Shown: positions 49,706-61,248, counted from the first letter of the stretch. The stretch: 64,000 nt of DNA from Thermoplasmata archaeon (GCA_039794005.1 JBAMMA010000001.1:32001-96000), one strand, 5' to 3'. The notes: generated by a model from the letters alone, not told the origin. Translations and numbers: made by a program.

Positions 49706-50705
49706 ATTTAATAACCTCCTTCAGGTCTTCAGGCCTCAATATTCCAAATTCAGTTATGAAACCGGTCACATACTTAGATGGAGTAACATCAAACGCAGGA
49801 TTATATGCATTAGATCCCACCGGAGCTATTCTTTTATCATTTATATATAATACTTCCCTTTCATCCCTTAATTCTATAGGTATCTCATCACCATTTTTTA
49901 TATTTGGATCAATTGTAGAAATAGGTGCAGCAACAAAGAAAGGTATTTCATTTTCATTTGCTAAAACTGCTTTTTCATAGGTACCTATTTTATTAGCAAA
50001 ATCTCCATTTATCGCTATTCTATCAGCACCCACTATAACAATATCAACCATGCCTTTTTTCATAACATATCCTGCAGCGTTATCAGCGATAATTTTATGA
50101 TCTATACCCTCCATTAATAATTCCCATGCTGTTAACTTAGCACCCTGAAGCCTAGGTCTTGTTTCATCTACCCATACAAAAACCTTTTTACCATTTTTCT
50201 TTGCTATTCTTATAGGGGCTAATGCTGTTCCTAAATCTAATACTGCCAATGCTCCAGCATTGCAATGTGTCAAAATTCTCATTCCATCTTTTATTAATTT
50301 ATCTCCATTCTCTCCTATTTTATATTCTTTATTTCTTATCATATTTGCATATTCCAAAGCCGACTTCACAGGATCTTTTCCTTCTTTGATATTTTTCATC
50401 ATATAATTTAAGGCATAAAATAGATCATATGCCGTTGGCCTGGATTTAGATATCACATTATATGCATCATCCAAATCTTTTTTCTGCAACATTGCCTGGG
50501 CCATTCCATATGCAGCCGCAACACCTATTGCTGGTGCACCTCTGACAACCATATCTTTAATTGCAAATGCGACGTCCTTGTAATCTTTAGCTACATAAAA
50601 TTCAATGCTATCTGGAATTTTCCTTTGATCTAAAAATACAACATTTTCCCCATCCATCCAAACACTTACAATATCCTTTTTTTCACCATTAATTATTATT
50701 TGCAT
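49686..50705 (-). CDS. mtnA: S-methyl-5-thioribose-1-phosphate isomerase (eIF-2B superfamily)
   Basis: LDQRKIP, MVVRGAPAIG, SRPTA, LTHCNAGALA, ETRPRLQGAKLTAWEL, NPAFDVTP. Confidence 0.92.
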   Translation of the reverse strand: MQIIINGEKKDIVSVWMDGENVVFLDQRKIPDSIEFYVAKDYKDVAFAIKDMVVRGAPAIGVAAAYGMAQAMLQKKDLDDAYNVISKSRPTAYDLFYALNYMMKNIKEGKDPVKSALEYANMIRNKEYKIGENGDKLIKDGMRILTHCNAGALAVLDLGTALAPIRIAKKNGKKVFVWVDETRPRLQGAKLTAWELLMEGIDHKIIADNAAGYVMKKGMVDIVIVGADRIAINGDFANKIGTYEKAVLANENEIPFFVAAPISTIDPNIKNGDEIPIELRDEREVLYINDKRIAPVGSNAYNPAFDVTPSKYVTGFITEFGILRPEDLKEVIKYGEKGK

Positions 50706-50836
50706 ACAGCTTCTCCAGAAATAAAAAAGATATTCCCATATTAATATTTTACATCATTTAAAATTTTGAATTTTTAATATTTCAAAATTATCATTTTTTG
50801 GAAAAAATTTTTAACAATTACAATATCCATAAAATC

Positions 50837-52210
50837 ATGATTATTTACGACACATTAGATAGGACAAAGAAAGAATTAATACCTTTAAGGGACAATAGAA
50901 TAAACATTTTTGTGTGTGGTCCCACAGTTTATGATTATTCTCATATTGGCCATGCAAGAACATATGTATTTTTTGATATGTTCGTTTCATATCTTAGATA
51001 CTTAGGATATGACGTATTTTATTTACAAAATATAACGGATATTGATGATAAGATAATAAAAAAGGCAAATGAAACAAATATGAAACCCGAGGATATTGCA
51101 ATGAAATTTTATTCTGAATATATCAGGGATATGTTGTCATTGAAGGTGGATTCAATAAATATTTATGCACCAGCAACACATTATGTTGATGAAATAATAG
51201 ATCAAATAAAAAGGTTGATAAATCTTGGTTATGCATATGAGACAGATGATGGTGTATATTTTGAGGTTAGTAAATTCAAAGATTATGGAAAATTATCCCA
51301 CCAAAATTTGGATGAAATAATTGCAGGTTATAGAGTAGACATTAACGAGAAAAAGAAAAATCCAATTGATTTTGCGTTATGGAAAAAGAAAAAGGAGGGT
51401 GAACCATACTGGCCATCACCATTTGGCGAAGGCAGGCCAGGATGGCACATTGAAGATACTGCAATTACGGAACATTATTTTGGTCCTCAATATGATATTC
51501 ATGGAGGAGGATCAGATCTGATATTCCCACATCATGAATGTGAAATAGCACAAATGGAGGCCGTAAGTAATGTCAAGCCAATGGTGAGATATTGGATGCA
51601 CACAGGTCTTTTAACAATAAAAAGTGAAAGAATGGGTAAATCAATGGGTAATGTTATTAGGATAAGGGATGTACTGGAAAGATATTCTGCTGAGGTGATC
51701 AGATTTTTCTTATTATCATCCCATTATAGATCTCCTATCGATTTTTCATATGAAAATTTAGAAAAGTCAAGGGAAACCCTGGAAAGGATCATAATTTTAT
51801 ATAGAAAATTAAAGAATAAAAGGGTATTCGGGAAAGAAAACAAAATTTTGGATGATATTAAAATCGAATGGCAGCAATTCATTAAAGATATGGATGATGA
51901 TGTGAATACCCCTGGAGCTATCTCACATCTCATGAAAATAGTCAATATGGCAAACAAATACTATTCAGAAATAACCGAGGTTGAAACAAAGGAAATAATA
52001 AGAATTATCGAAGATGTTGATAGATTCTTCAAGTTTTTGCCAGAAATAACAGAAACCGAGGAAAAATTAATGGCATTCTTGCTAAATTTGAGGGAGGAAA
52101 TGAGAAAAAATAAACAATATGAAATGGCTGACAAAATAAGAAATAATCTGAAAGAATTAAATTTATATATTGAGGATTCCATAGAAGGGCCAATATGGTA
52201 CAGAATATAG
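50837..52210 (+). CDS. cysS: Cysteine--tRNA ligase
   Basis: CGPTVYDYSHIGHAR, DFALWK, GRPGWHIE, FPHHECE, RMGKS. Confidence 0.97.
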   Translation: MIIYDTLDRTKKELIPLRDNRINIFVCGPTVYDYSHIGHARTYVFFDMFVSYLRYLGYDVFYLQNITDIDDKIIKKANETNMKPEDIAMKFYSEYIRDMLSLKVDSINIYAPATHYVDEIIDQIKRLINLGYAYETDDGVYFEVSKFKDYGKLSHQNLDEIIAGYRVDINEKKKNPIDFALWKKKKEGEPYWPSPFGEGRPGWHIEDTAITEHYFGPQYDIHGGGSDLIFPHHECEIAQMEAVSNVKPMVRYWMHTGLLTIKSERMGKSMGNVIRIRDVLERYSAEVIRFFLLSSHYRSPIDFSYENLEKSRETLERIIILYRKLKNKRVFGKENKILDDIKIEWQQFIKDMDDDVNTPGAISHLMKIVNMANKYYSEITEVETKEIIRIIEDVDRFFKFLPEITETEEKLMAFLLNLREEMRKNKQYEMADKIRNNLKELNLYIEDSIEGPIWYRI

Positions 52211-53451
52211 AAGAAATAGATTATTTATATTCATTATCTAGATTTGGAATTAAATTAGGTTTAGATGTTATGACAAATCTTGCAAATAAATTAGGTAGTC
52301 CTCAGAACTATTACAAAACCTTTCACATAACAGGTTCAAATGGTAAAGGATCTACATCCGCAATGCTTTATACAATTTTGAGACAAAAATATTCATCGGG
52401 TTTATATACTAGCCCTCACATCAAAGAATTTAACGAAAGAATAATGGTAAACGATAAATATATTGAAAATGAATTTATAAAAGATTGGGTAAGAAGGAAT
52501 AAAAAAATTGTTGAGGATATGGCCAAAATAGGTATGCAGCCAACATTTTTTGAATTTACAACGGCAATGGCATTTGATTATTTCAAAGAGAAAAAAATTG
52601 ATGTTGCTGTTATTGAAGTTGGAATGGGAGGAAGATTAGATGCAACGAATATCATAATACCTGAATCATCAGGAATTGTTACAATTTCTCTGGAGCATAC
52701 CGATCGTCTTGGGAACACTGTTGAAAAAATAGCATACGAAAAAGCAGGTATTATCAAAAAAGGAAAACCGGTTGTCATTGGAGTCGAGGATGAAAAGGCC
52801 CAAAGAACAATTGAAAAAATTGCAAATGAAAAAGGATCAAAGGTTTATGATGTAAACGAATTATATGATGTTTCAAATGTTGAAATATCATTGGAAGGTA
52901 CAAGGTACAGGGCCAAAAAAGATCAAAAAATATATGATGTATCTATACCGCTGATTGGAAAATATCAAATAAAAAATTCATTGATCTCCATAACAATGGC
53001 TGAGCTTTTTGATCCTTCATTAGATTATAAATTTATTAAAAATGTAAAATTTCCAGGCAGATTTGAAATTAAAAGCAGAAAGCCAATGGTGATTATCGAT
53101 GCCGCCCATAATCCTGAGGCTGCAAAGGTACTTGTTGAAAATATAAAATTGTTATTCAATAAAAATCCATTAGTTGTAATGACACAATTAAAGGACAAAA
53201 ATTCATTGGAATTTTTCAGAATTATTTCAGAGATTGTAGATCATGCAATCATAACGGAGGTAAAGGATGAGAGAAGAAAAGATGCCGAAATATTAGCACA
53301 TGAAGCAAGAAATTTTATAAAGAATGTTGAAGTAATAAGGGAATCAAACAATGCGTTTGAGCGCGCTTTCGAATCATCAGATTTTATACTAATTACAGGT
53401 TCAATATATTTATTAGGTGAATTTGAGGAATGGTATTCCAAAAGGCAATAA
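52195..53451 (+). CDS. folC: Folylpolyglutamate synthase / dihydrofolate synthase
   Basis: HITGSNGKGST, YTSPH, EVGMGGRLDATN, PGRFE, DAAHNP, TGSIYL. Confidence 0.95.
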   Translation: MVQNIEEIDYLYSLSRFGIKLGLDVMTNLANKLGSPQNYYKTFHITGSNGKGSTSAMLYTILRQKYSSGLYTSPHIKEFNERIMVNDKYIENEFIKDWVRRNKKIVEDMAKIGMQPTFFEFTTAMAFDYFKEKKIDVAVIEVGMGGRLDATNIIIPESSGIVTISLEHTDRLGNTVEKIAYEKAGIIKKGKPVVIGVEDEKAQRTIEKIANEKGSKVYDVNELYDVSNVEISLEGTRYRAKKDQKIYDVSIPLIGKYQIKNSLISITMAELFDPSLDYKFIKNVKFPGRFEIKSRKPMVIIDAAHNPEAAKVLVENIKLLFNKNPLVVMTQLKDKNSLEFFRIISEIVDHAIITEVKDERRKDAEILAHEARNFIKNVEVIRESNNAFERAFESSDFILITGSIYLLGEFEEWYSKRQ

Positions 53452-54644
53452 CAGTTTCGGACAAATATGATAATGAATTCGAAAATTTGGCTAGGTCCTT
53501 ATATTATGAAGTTTTATATAGCTTTACATTTAAGCATTATTCATCGAAATATTATATTGGAGAGGGAAAAATAGAAGAAATAAAGAACTATATAGAAAAT
53601 AACAGCGTGGAAGTAATAATAATAAACGGAAAATTAAAATCATCACAATGGTATAATCTGGAAACATATTTTAAAAGAAGGGTCATAGATAAAACCATGC
53701 TCATTCTGGAAATATTCGCGGATAGGGCTAAGACGAAGGAGGCCAAATTGGAGGTAGAATTGGCAACATTGAATTATCAATTACCATTATTGAAAGAATG
53801 GATACACAGGGCAAAGATTGGTGAACACCCAGGTTTTATGGCCGGTGGTGAATATGATATTGATCAATATTATTTCCACGTTCAAAAGAGGATCAAAAAG
53901 ATAAAGGAGGAACTTGAAAAAGTTAAAATTGAAAGGAAAGAGAGGAGAAAAAACAGGCTCAGAAAAGGATATTTTCTGATAACTATAGCCGGCTATACAA
54001 ATAGCGGAAAAAGTCAATTGATGAAGACACTCTCTGGGGAGGATGTTGTAATAGAAAATAGAATGTTCTCAACACTTGTTCCCAGAACATCCAGGATCAT
54101 GAACACAAAAAAGAAAATCTTGATTACAGATACCGTGGGGTTTATAAAAGATTTACCTCCTTTAATTTTGGAGGCCTTTCGAGCTACTCTGGAAGATATT
54201 TATGATTCAGATTTGATAATATTTTTAATAGATGGTTCGGATCCCTTTGATATATTCAAAGAGAAAATTGAAGCTTCATTAAGCATTTTATCAGGTGAAT
54301 TGACAGGTAAAATATTACCGGTGATAAACAAAATTGACAAGAAGATTGAAGATATAGAAAACAAAAAGCGGTATATTAATGAAAAAATATCAGATCCAGT
54401 CCTAATAAGTGCAAAAACCGGAGAAAATATAAATCTACTTCTTGAAAGAATATATTCTATGTTAAATTATGATAGGGAATACGATCTAGAAATTGACAGC
54501 AATAAAAATTACATGCCTCTAATTTCATTTGTATATGAATATGGAGAGATTATATATTACGAAATAAAGGATAAAATTTATTTAAAATTTAAGATAAATT
54601 CGCGTTTTGATGGAACAATTAAAAAATATCTGAATTTATTATAA
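53430..54644 (+). CDS. hflX: Ribosome-associated GTPase HflX
   Basis: LILEIFADRA, AGYTNSGKS, FSTL, DTVGFI, NKID, SAK. Confidence 0.95.
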   Translation: MVFQKAITVSDKYDNEFENLARSLYYEVLYSFTFKHYSSKYYIGEGKIEEIKNYIENNSVEVIIINGKLKSSQWYNLETYFKRRVIDKTMLILEIFADRAKTKEAKLEVELATLNYQLPLLKEWIHRAKIGEHPGFMAGGEYDIDQYYFHVQKRIKKIKEELEKVKIERKERRKNRLRKGYFLITIAGYTNSGKSQLMKTLSGEDVVIENRMFSTLVPRTSRIMNTKKKILITDTVGFIKDLPPLILEAFRATLEDIYDSDLIIFLIDGSDPFDIFKEKIEASLSILSGELTGKILPVINKIDKKIEDIENKKRYINEKISDPVLISAKTGENINLLLERIYSMLNYDREYDLEIDSNKNYMPLISFVYEYGEIIYYEIKDKIYLKFKINSRFDGTIKKYLNLL

Positions 54645-54741
54645 TTCGAAAATAAAATTATTTAAGAACCATATAATAATTTTGGTAAAAAATATGATAA
54701 AGAAATTTTTTTAAAGAAGATCATTATAGTATTAAATTACC

Positions 54742-55962
54742 ATGACGGGGTATGAAAACATAATTGAAAAATATCTCATTGAAAATTCTGAAGAATATAA
54801 CATGTCATATTTTGAACCGTCATATGTTCCAGATAGAATTATCCATAGAGAAGAGGAAATTGACATAATAATGAAAAATCTTTCACTAATTTTTAAAAAG
54901 ATGGTTCCTAAAAATATGTTTATATTTGGAAAAACTGGAACCGGCAAGACGGCTGTTATAAAGTTTATAGGAAGGGCATTGGAAAGCTATCAAAAGGAAA
55001 AAATTAGGTTCGTATATCTCAATTGTCAAATAAATGACAATTCTTATTCACTGTTATACAGTATAGGGAAAAGTGCAGGGGCTGAGATCCCCATAACAGG
55101 GTGGTCCATGGATAGACTCTTCAATGTTGTCAAAGATGCGGTGGAACTTTATTCAGCCTATTTTATTATAGTGCTGGATGAAATAGACAGATATATTAAA
55201 AAGAACGGTGATGATATATTATATTCACTATCATTGATGAATTCTGAATTAAAGAATAGCAAAATCATAATAATTGGAATAACAAATGATGTTACAATCA
55301 TAGAAAACCTAGATGCAAGGGTAAAGAGCAGATTAAATGAAGAAAAAGTTGTTTTCCCACCATACAATCAAAATGAAATATACGATATTTTGAAAGACAG
55401 AATTGAAATGGCTAAAATGAAAAATTATATAACGGATTCGGCATTGAGGTATATATCCGCAATTGCGGCACAGGAAAATGGAGACGCTAGGAAGGCCATA
55501 GATTTATTGAAAACAACTCTGCAGATAGGAATCGAATTAAAAAATATACCAGTGGAAGAAAAACACGTAAACATAGCAAAAAGCAAGATGGAATATGATG
55601 CTGTTGCAGAAACTATAAAATCTCTCCCTTTGCATTCTAAAATTGTTTTATTATCAATTGTATTTTTAAAAGACTATGGCACAAATAACATAACAACTGG
55701 TGAAATTTATAATGCATATAGAAATCTGATCAATTTTGTGAATATTCCACCTTTGACTTCAAGAAGAATAACAGACATATTATCGGATTTGGATATGCTG
55801 GGGATAGTCAATGCAAAGGTAATATCAATGGGTAGATATGGAAGGTCTAAGATTGTAGATCTAATGGTATCATCAGGATTGATAAAATCTATACTCCTGG
55901 AGGAAGATCAATTAAAATGCTTAAGGGATTCAATGAAAAAACAGTCCCAGCTCAAGATCTAA
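54742..55962 (+). CDS. cdc6: Cdc6/Orc1 replication initiator
   Basis: HREEEI, GKTGTGKT, VLDEID, FPPYN, GDARKAIDLL, winged helix SMGRYGRS. Confidence 0.96.
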   Translation: MTGYENIIEKYLIENSEEYNMSYFEPSYVPDRIIHREEEIDIIMKNLSLIFKKMVPKNMFIFGKTGTGKTAVIKFIGRALESYQKEKIRFVYLNCQINDNSYSLLYSIGKSAGAEIPITGWSMDRLFNVVKDAVELYSAYFIIVLDEIDRYIKKNGDDILYSLSLMNSELKNSKIIIIGITNDVTIIENLDARVKSRLNEEKVVFPPYNQNEIYDILKDRIEMAKMKNYITDSALRYISAIAAQENGDARKAIDLLKTTLQIGIELKNIPVEEKHVNIAKSKMEYDAVAETIKSLPLHSKIVLLSIVFLKDYGTNNITTGEIYNAYRNLINFVNIPPLTSRRITDILSDLDMLGIVNAKVISMGRYGRSKIVDLMVSSGLIKSILLEEDQLKCLRDSMKKQSQLKI

Positions 55963-56982
55963 ATTCAAAATAGATTTTTCATCTCCGAAAGTTGATATAA
56001 TTTTATTTTCATTTTTTATTATATTTTCCCACTGTAATTTGCATTCACATTTTGGTAATTCTTCTAAAATTTTTTCATCCTGTGTAAAAGAAAATTCCTC
56101 GATTATTTTTAAAATTATATTGTCACATTTTCCACAGTTGTGAATTCCTCTTATTTTTGAACCTGCGGTTGGGAATGATACAACCTTTTTGTATTTTGCT
56201 GTTCTCCTTAATACTTCAACAAGGCTCCATAACCACGGGGGTCTATAAAATCCTTTGTTCCAAAGATATTCAACAAGAGTATAAGATTGTACATCAACAG
56301 GATTTATGCTTATTAATTCAGAATACCCTGCAGCAAATTCGATCGATTTAATTGCATCTTCTATTGCCTCCCTTTCAGTTAAAAATGGTGGTTTTAACAA
56401 GATGTAAGTTTTCAAGGGAATGGAAAGATCATTTAAAACTTTAGCGGCCCTTACATATTCAGATGATGAAAAACCTTTATTTATTGAATATTTTAAGACA
56501 TCATCCGATGAACTTTCAAGACCGATGGCTACCATTAAATTTTCAAACTTTTTAAACCTGCTCATTCTCTCATATGTAACAAACTCAGGCCTAGTTTCTA
56601 CTATTACTCTTTCCATACCTGAAAATAGTTCCAAAATTTTCATCTGCGTATTTTCAGAAATTTCATTTGGATCAAAAAAACTTCCCGAATTAAATATTTT
56701 TATTATTTTTTCATCTTTAATTTTTTTAACTGCCTTTTCTATTTGATTCATTATATTTGAATCATTGACATCCCCCGGGTCCGTATCTTTATAATATCCG
56801 CACATTGAGCATCCAGAATGCTTAAACCAGAAACATCCCCTGGTTTTTAAAATTATTACAAATGCCTTTTCTCTCCTGTTTTTGTATGGTTCATATTCGC
56901 TCCAGACCGCAACGTATTCATCCGGATCATGGATCCTCTCCGTTTTTTCCCTTAAACTTTTAATAATTTCTTGTATGTTCAT
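55930..56982 (-). CDS. Archaeosine biosynthesis radical SAM protein RaSEA
   Basis: TRGCFW...GCSMCGY, KIFNSGSFFD, ETRPEFV, IGLES, LLKPPFL, YRPPWLWS, HNCGKC. Confidence 0.88.
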   Translation of the reverse strand: MNIQEIIKSLREKTERIHDPDEYVAVWSEYEPYKNRREKAFVIILKTRGCFWFKHSGCSMCGYYKDTDPGDVNDSNIMNQIEKAVKKIKDEKIIKIFNSGSFFDPNEISENTQMKILELFSGMERVIVETRPEFVTYERMSRFKKFENLMVAIGLESSSDDVLKYSINKGFSSSEYVRAAKVLNDLSIPLKTYILLKPPFLTEREAIEDAIKSIEFAAGYSELISINPVDVQSYTLVEYLWNKGFYRPPWLWSLVEVLRRTAKYKKVVSFPTAGSKIRGIHNCGKCDNIILKIIEEFSFTQDEKILEELPKCECKLQWENIIKNENKIISTFGDEKSILNLDLELGLFFH

Positions 56983-59468
56983 TTTCTATCAATTTTCTCA
57001 ATCAATTCATAATATTTTCTCTTAAGGTCGTCCAGTTCCCTTTTCAAATTATCTATTTCATCTGTAAACATTCTACCCTTCCTTATTGTTTCTATTGCTT
57101 CCCTTATTCTTCTTTTTAATCTTCCATCTAGCTCGATTAAATATGCATATTCAAGCTCAGGAATGGCATCGCTTAATCCGCAATTCAACAATCCTTCTAC
57201 TGCACCATTTCTTACAAATAGATTTTCATCCCTCAATAAAGCGTAGAGAATTGGCAAAACATCGCTTTTCATATATCCAGACTTTCCTATTGAAATTGCA
57301 GCAATAGCCCTTAATTTCATGATATATTTTTTGTCTGTGAATTTCATTTCGATATTTATTGCTTCGTCATCTCTAAAGTAGGATAGACCTTGTAACAATC
57401 CATTTCTTATTATTTCATTTGTAGATTCAGCATCAATATATTTTTTAAGAATGTCCTTTGACTTTTCTAGTCTCAATTCTCCAATGGATTTAAGTACGCT
57501 AGATATGATGTAAGGCCTTTTTTCTTTCTCCAAAATTTTGTTTAACATGTCCAGAGATTTTTCATTTTTGTAATATTTTCCCAGGGCTTCTGCAATTGCA
57601 ACTCTAATTTTTGAATTAATATTTGTGTTTCCAATAGATTTATTGTATATTTCCTCCAATGCATTTAAAGAATATTCAGTACCAATTTTGGATAATGCAT
57701 TTATGGCTTCAATTCTAACACCATAGAAATTGTCATTTAGAGCTACATATTTCAATATATCTATTATCTCCTTTCCCCCCATTTTTATGGCCTCATTGAT
57801 GGCATCTATTCTTTCAATTATCGTATACCCATTTTTCAAGAGATATTTAATCATTTCAGGAGGTCTTGAAAATTCAATATCTTTTAATATATAATTCTCA
57901 GGATCTATTGAAATACCTAAAATATTTCCACTTTCTAATTCAAGTTCTTCAAATTCATTATCTACCTTAATCTTTTTAATGATTCTTCCATTTTCGGTGT
58001 AAATTGCAATTTCAAGGGGGAATGAAAATATCTTGACTGTATTTTCATCTTCCTGAATCTGTTCTATTTTTAATTTAGACTTTTTATCCTCTCTTTTTAT
58101 CTCTATTTTCAATTTTGGATGTCCACCATGAAATAACCACTGGTCAAAGAATTGCTCGAAAGATTTTCCAGTATATTCCTTCAATAATTTCATGAAATCA
58201 TATGTATCAACGCTTTTTCCACCATATGTTTCCAAATAATATTTAATGAATCCCCAGAATTCCTTATCTCCCATTTCATATCTGAGCATATGTATAACTC
58301 TTGATGCTTTTTCATATGCATGTCGATCAAATACTTCTGCAGGTGAATTATATACATTGTAAACTATTGGTCTCCTGTATCTTTCAGAATCCTCATTTTT
58401 ATATGCAATTTCATCCTGATACATATTATATAAGAAAGAATCGTGCCCTGAAAAATGTTCCTGGTAAACATTTTCCATATATGTTGCAAAACCTTCGTTT
58501 AGCCATATATGGGCCCAAGAAGAGCATGTAACATAATCTCCAAACCACTGATGAGCTAGTTCATGTGCAATTAAAGGTTCAGACATATATTCATTGTGCA
58601 TATTTAAATCGTGCAAAGTATATTCTGTCAAAGTTGTAGCATTTATATTTTCCATTCCACCTACAACAAAATCGTATACGATCACCTGAGCATATTTACT
58701 ATATGGATATTTAAATCCTAAAATCCTATCATAGAACCTTATCATATCTGGTGTATTTACAAATGTTCTTAGCATATACCTTCCAAGACCCTTTGGAACC
58801 AGATAAATCAATTTTATTCCATCAATTTCGTCTTCCATTATATCAAAAACACCTATTACCAAGGAGATCAAATAAACTGGATGTGGGAAATTTTCTCTCC
58901 AATGATAAACTGTTTCATTTTCCAATTCCCTTTTTTCAACCAAATCCCCATTTGACAGTGCATAAAATCCTTTAGGAACATGAGCTATGATCTCACTGGA
59001 ACTTCTTTGATTAGGGAAATCGTATGAAGGAATCCAATAACGATTATCCTCATCCTCACCCTGTGACCAAATCATTGGATATTTTCTACCCTTAGTTTCA
59101 TCGGAATCAATGAAATAAAGGCCCTTTCTCGGTGTTGAATAATATTCAATGTATATTTCTATATCATCATTTTTCTTTATTTTTTCTTCAAAATATATTA
59201 AAATATTTTTTCCATCGTATTCATAACTTTTTATTCTATGATCTGATTTAATATCCTTAATTTTGATTTCCGATGCATCCAATAAAATTTTATCCAGGTC
59301 TGAATATTTTGCATTTAGTATGATTTTTTCCTTTGCGTCAAAACTCTTTTTTTCTAAGTTTGGCCATATTTCAATATTAATGTGCTTTTGTAAAAATTCT
59401 TTATCTCTTTCATAGTTTTTCCTATAATCAGGAAAGGCAAATGATTCTCTATAACCTTTTTCAAACAT
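56979..59468 (-). CDS. M1-family aminopeptidase with HEAT repeats and C-terminal coiled coil
   Basis: GGMEN, HELAHQWFGD, WLNEGFA, YEK; HEAT-like repeats in the C-terminal third. Confidence 0.92.
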   Translation of the reverse strand: MFEKGYRESFAFPDYRKNYERDKEFLQKHINIEIWPNLEKKSFDAKEKIILNAKYSDLDKILLDASEIKIKDIKSDHRIKSYEYDGKNILIYFEEKIKKNDDIEIYIEYYSTPRKGLYFIDSDETKGRKYPMIWSQGEDEDNRYWIPSYDFPNQRSSSEIIAHVPKGFYALSNGDLVEKRELENETVYHWRENFPHPVYLISLVIGVFDIMEDEIDGIKLIYLVPKGLGRYMLRTFVNTPDMIRFYDRILGFKYPYSKYAQVIVYDFVVGGMENINATTLTEYTLHDLNMHNEYMSEPLIAHELAHQWFGDYVTCSSWAHIWLNEGFATYMENVYQEHFSGHDSFLYNMYQDEIAYKNEDSERYRRPIVYNVYNSPAEVFDRHAYEKASRVIHMLRYEMGDKEFWGFIKYYLETYGGKSVDTYDFMKLLKEYTGKSFEQFFDQWLFHGGHPKLKIEIKREDKKSKLKIEQIQEDENTVKIFSFPLEIAIYTENGRIIKKIKVDNEFEELELESGNILGISIDPENYILKDIEFSRPPEMIKYLLKNGYTIIERIDAINEAIKMGGKEIIDILKYVALNDNFYGVRIEAINALSKIGTEYSLNALEEIYNKSIGNTNINSKIRVAIAEALGKYYKNEKSLDMLNKILEKEKRPYIISSVLKSIGELRLEKSKDILKKYIDAESTNEIIRNGLLQGLSYFRDDEAINIEMKFTDKKYIMKLRAIAAISIGKSGYMKSDVLPILYALLRDENLFVRNGAVEGLLNCGLSDAIPELEYAYLIELDGRLKRRIREAIETIRKGRMFTDEIDNLKRELDDLKRKYYELIEKIDRK

Positions 59469-59606
59469 GATAGTGTAAATTTTTATTGATATTTAATATT
59501 TTTTAATTTTAAAATCTTATTTAAATTAAAAGAATATTATTATTATGCATGTAATTAATAAAGGATGAATATTTATAATAATGTTTATAATATCATAATG
59601 GTCTAA

Positions 59607-61217
59607 ATGGACTTACTCTTCTTGATTTTAGGTCTGATGCTATTTCTGGCATTCATAGGCGGAAAGATAATGGATAAAATATCCCAACCGCACATAATCG
59701 GTTATTTACTTTTCGGTTTATTATTAAGTCCATCATTGGTAGATATTTTTTTAGGAAATTCATATAATTATCAAATACAATCCAATATTGGTATTCTGAA
59801 CGTATTTTCCGAGATTGGAATCATAATATTATTGTTCTTCATAGGTTTAAATATATCCTATGAAAAATTTATTAAAACAACAAAAATTTCTTTATTAATA
59901 GGATTGATAGATATTTCAATAATGTTTGGTTTTGCATTTCTAATATCTTATTTATATAAATGGAACATTTATGAATCGATCATTTTCGGATTTATTTTGT
60001 CTTCATCAAGTGTTGTTGTAACGGCAAAAAATCTGGAAGAAACAAACAAATTATCAGATGAAGAGATAGAAACTTTACTCAATATGCTTATCATGGAGGA
60101 TATAATTTCAATAATAATGTTTGTATTATTCTATGGTTTTGTAAATACCAATTTTATATTACCAGAAAAAATGTATATAGAATATCTAGGTCTATTTTCA
60201 CTGATCGTTTTTGTATTATTTTTATCATGGATATTTTTACCGTATGTGAAAATTAAATTTTTTTCAAACAAAAATGAGGAACTTTTCACAGTCCTAATTT
60301 TATCGATAATATTTTTAATAAGTGAATTAATAGAAATATTTAACATAAATCCATCGATTGGTGCATTCTTTGCCGGCCTACTGTTCGCAAAGAGTGATTA
60401 TGTAAACGATATAAACAAATTAATGAAACCTTTAGAATATTCTTTTGGTTCAATATTTTTTGTATCCTATGGTATATTTATCAATATATTCTCCTTCTAT
60501 CAAAATTTAATTATTATTATTTTATCAATTATTTTCATACTTATAGGTGAATTTATAATAATTCCTTTTCTCTTATACACATTAGGATTTTCATCTAAAG
60601 GTTCAATTTTCATTGGAAGTGGTTTAATAGCGAGAAATGAGGATGCTTTAATATTTTCAAATTTATCAAAATCGATAGGTAATATGTTTTCCTCCAACAT
60701 AATGAACGTAATATATAACGTTACGGGAGCCATTGTATTAATAACAACTATCATAAGTGTTCCACTTATGAAATATTCCACAAAAATCAACAATAAAATC
60801 ACAAAATTTATTCCTGTATGCTTTTCTTATCCGTGGAGAGAAGTATCAAAATTTTCCAAGGAAATGCTATTTTATAAGGAAATTCCTATCAGAAAAAGAA
60901 ATTATTGGATATACATTTCTTTGATAATATATGGTGTTCTATTACTGCCAACAATCTTATTCGGTGAAGCATTATTTTTTATATTATCAACGATATCTCT
61001 GGTCATAAATATATTCCTGTTAATTACAATCATCATCAAACATTCATCCGGATCTTCAACAATTTTTTCTTCAATCAATTTTTCAATATTTTTATCCATA
61101 CCATTGACTCTGGTTTATTTATATTATTTAAAATTTTATTTCATTTTTTATTATTTATTATTAATTTTGATATTTTTAATAATGGAAGGTGTAATAATAT
61201 GCCTTTCTGAAAGATAA
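59607..61217 (+). CDS. Cation:proton antiporter (CPA2/Kef-type)
   Basis: SEIGIIILLFFIGL, SSSVVV, IMED, IGAFFAG, IFFV. Confidence 0.88.
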   Translation: MDLLFLILGLMLFLAFIGGKIMDKISQPHIIGYLLFGLLLSPSLVDIFLGNSYNYQIQSNIGILNVFSEIGIIILLFFIGLNISYEKFIKTTKISLLIGLIDISIMFGFAFLISYLYKWNIYESIIFGFILSSSSVVVTAKNLEETNKLSDEEIETLLNMLIMEDIISIIMFVLFYGFVNTNFILPEKMYIEYLGLFSLIVFVLFLSWIFLPYVKIKFFSNKNEELFTVLILSIIFLISELIEIFNINPSIGAFFAGLLFAKSDYVNDINKLMKPLEYSFGSIFFVSYGIFINIFSFYQNLIIIILSIIFILIGEFIIIPFLLYTLGFSSKGSIFIGSGLIARNEDALIFSNLSKSIGNMFSSNIMNVIYNVTGAIVLITTIISVPLMKYSTKINNKITKFIPVCFSYPWREVSKFSKEMLFYKEIPIRKRNYWIYISLIIYGVLLLPTILFGEALFFILSTISLVINIFLLITIIIKHSSGSSTIFSSINFSIFLSIPLTLVYLYYLKFYFIFYYLLLILIFLIMEGVIICLSER

Positions 61218-61248
61218 TAAATAAATATAATAAAAGATTTAATGAAAT

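Noticed and set aside
50762-50789. AATTTTGAA-N10-TTCAAAATT inverted repeat between mtnA and cysS
   Set aside because: Almost all A/T in an AT-rich spacer; plausible by chance
54645-54741. Replication origin upstream of cdc6
   Set aside because: Only 97 bp with no recognisable ORB (TCCA..GAA plus G-string) repeats
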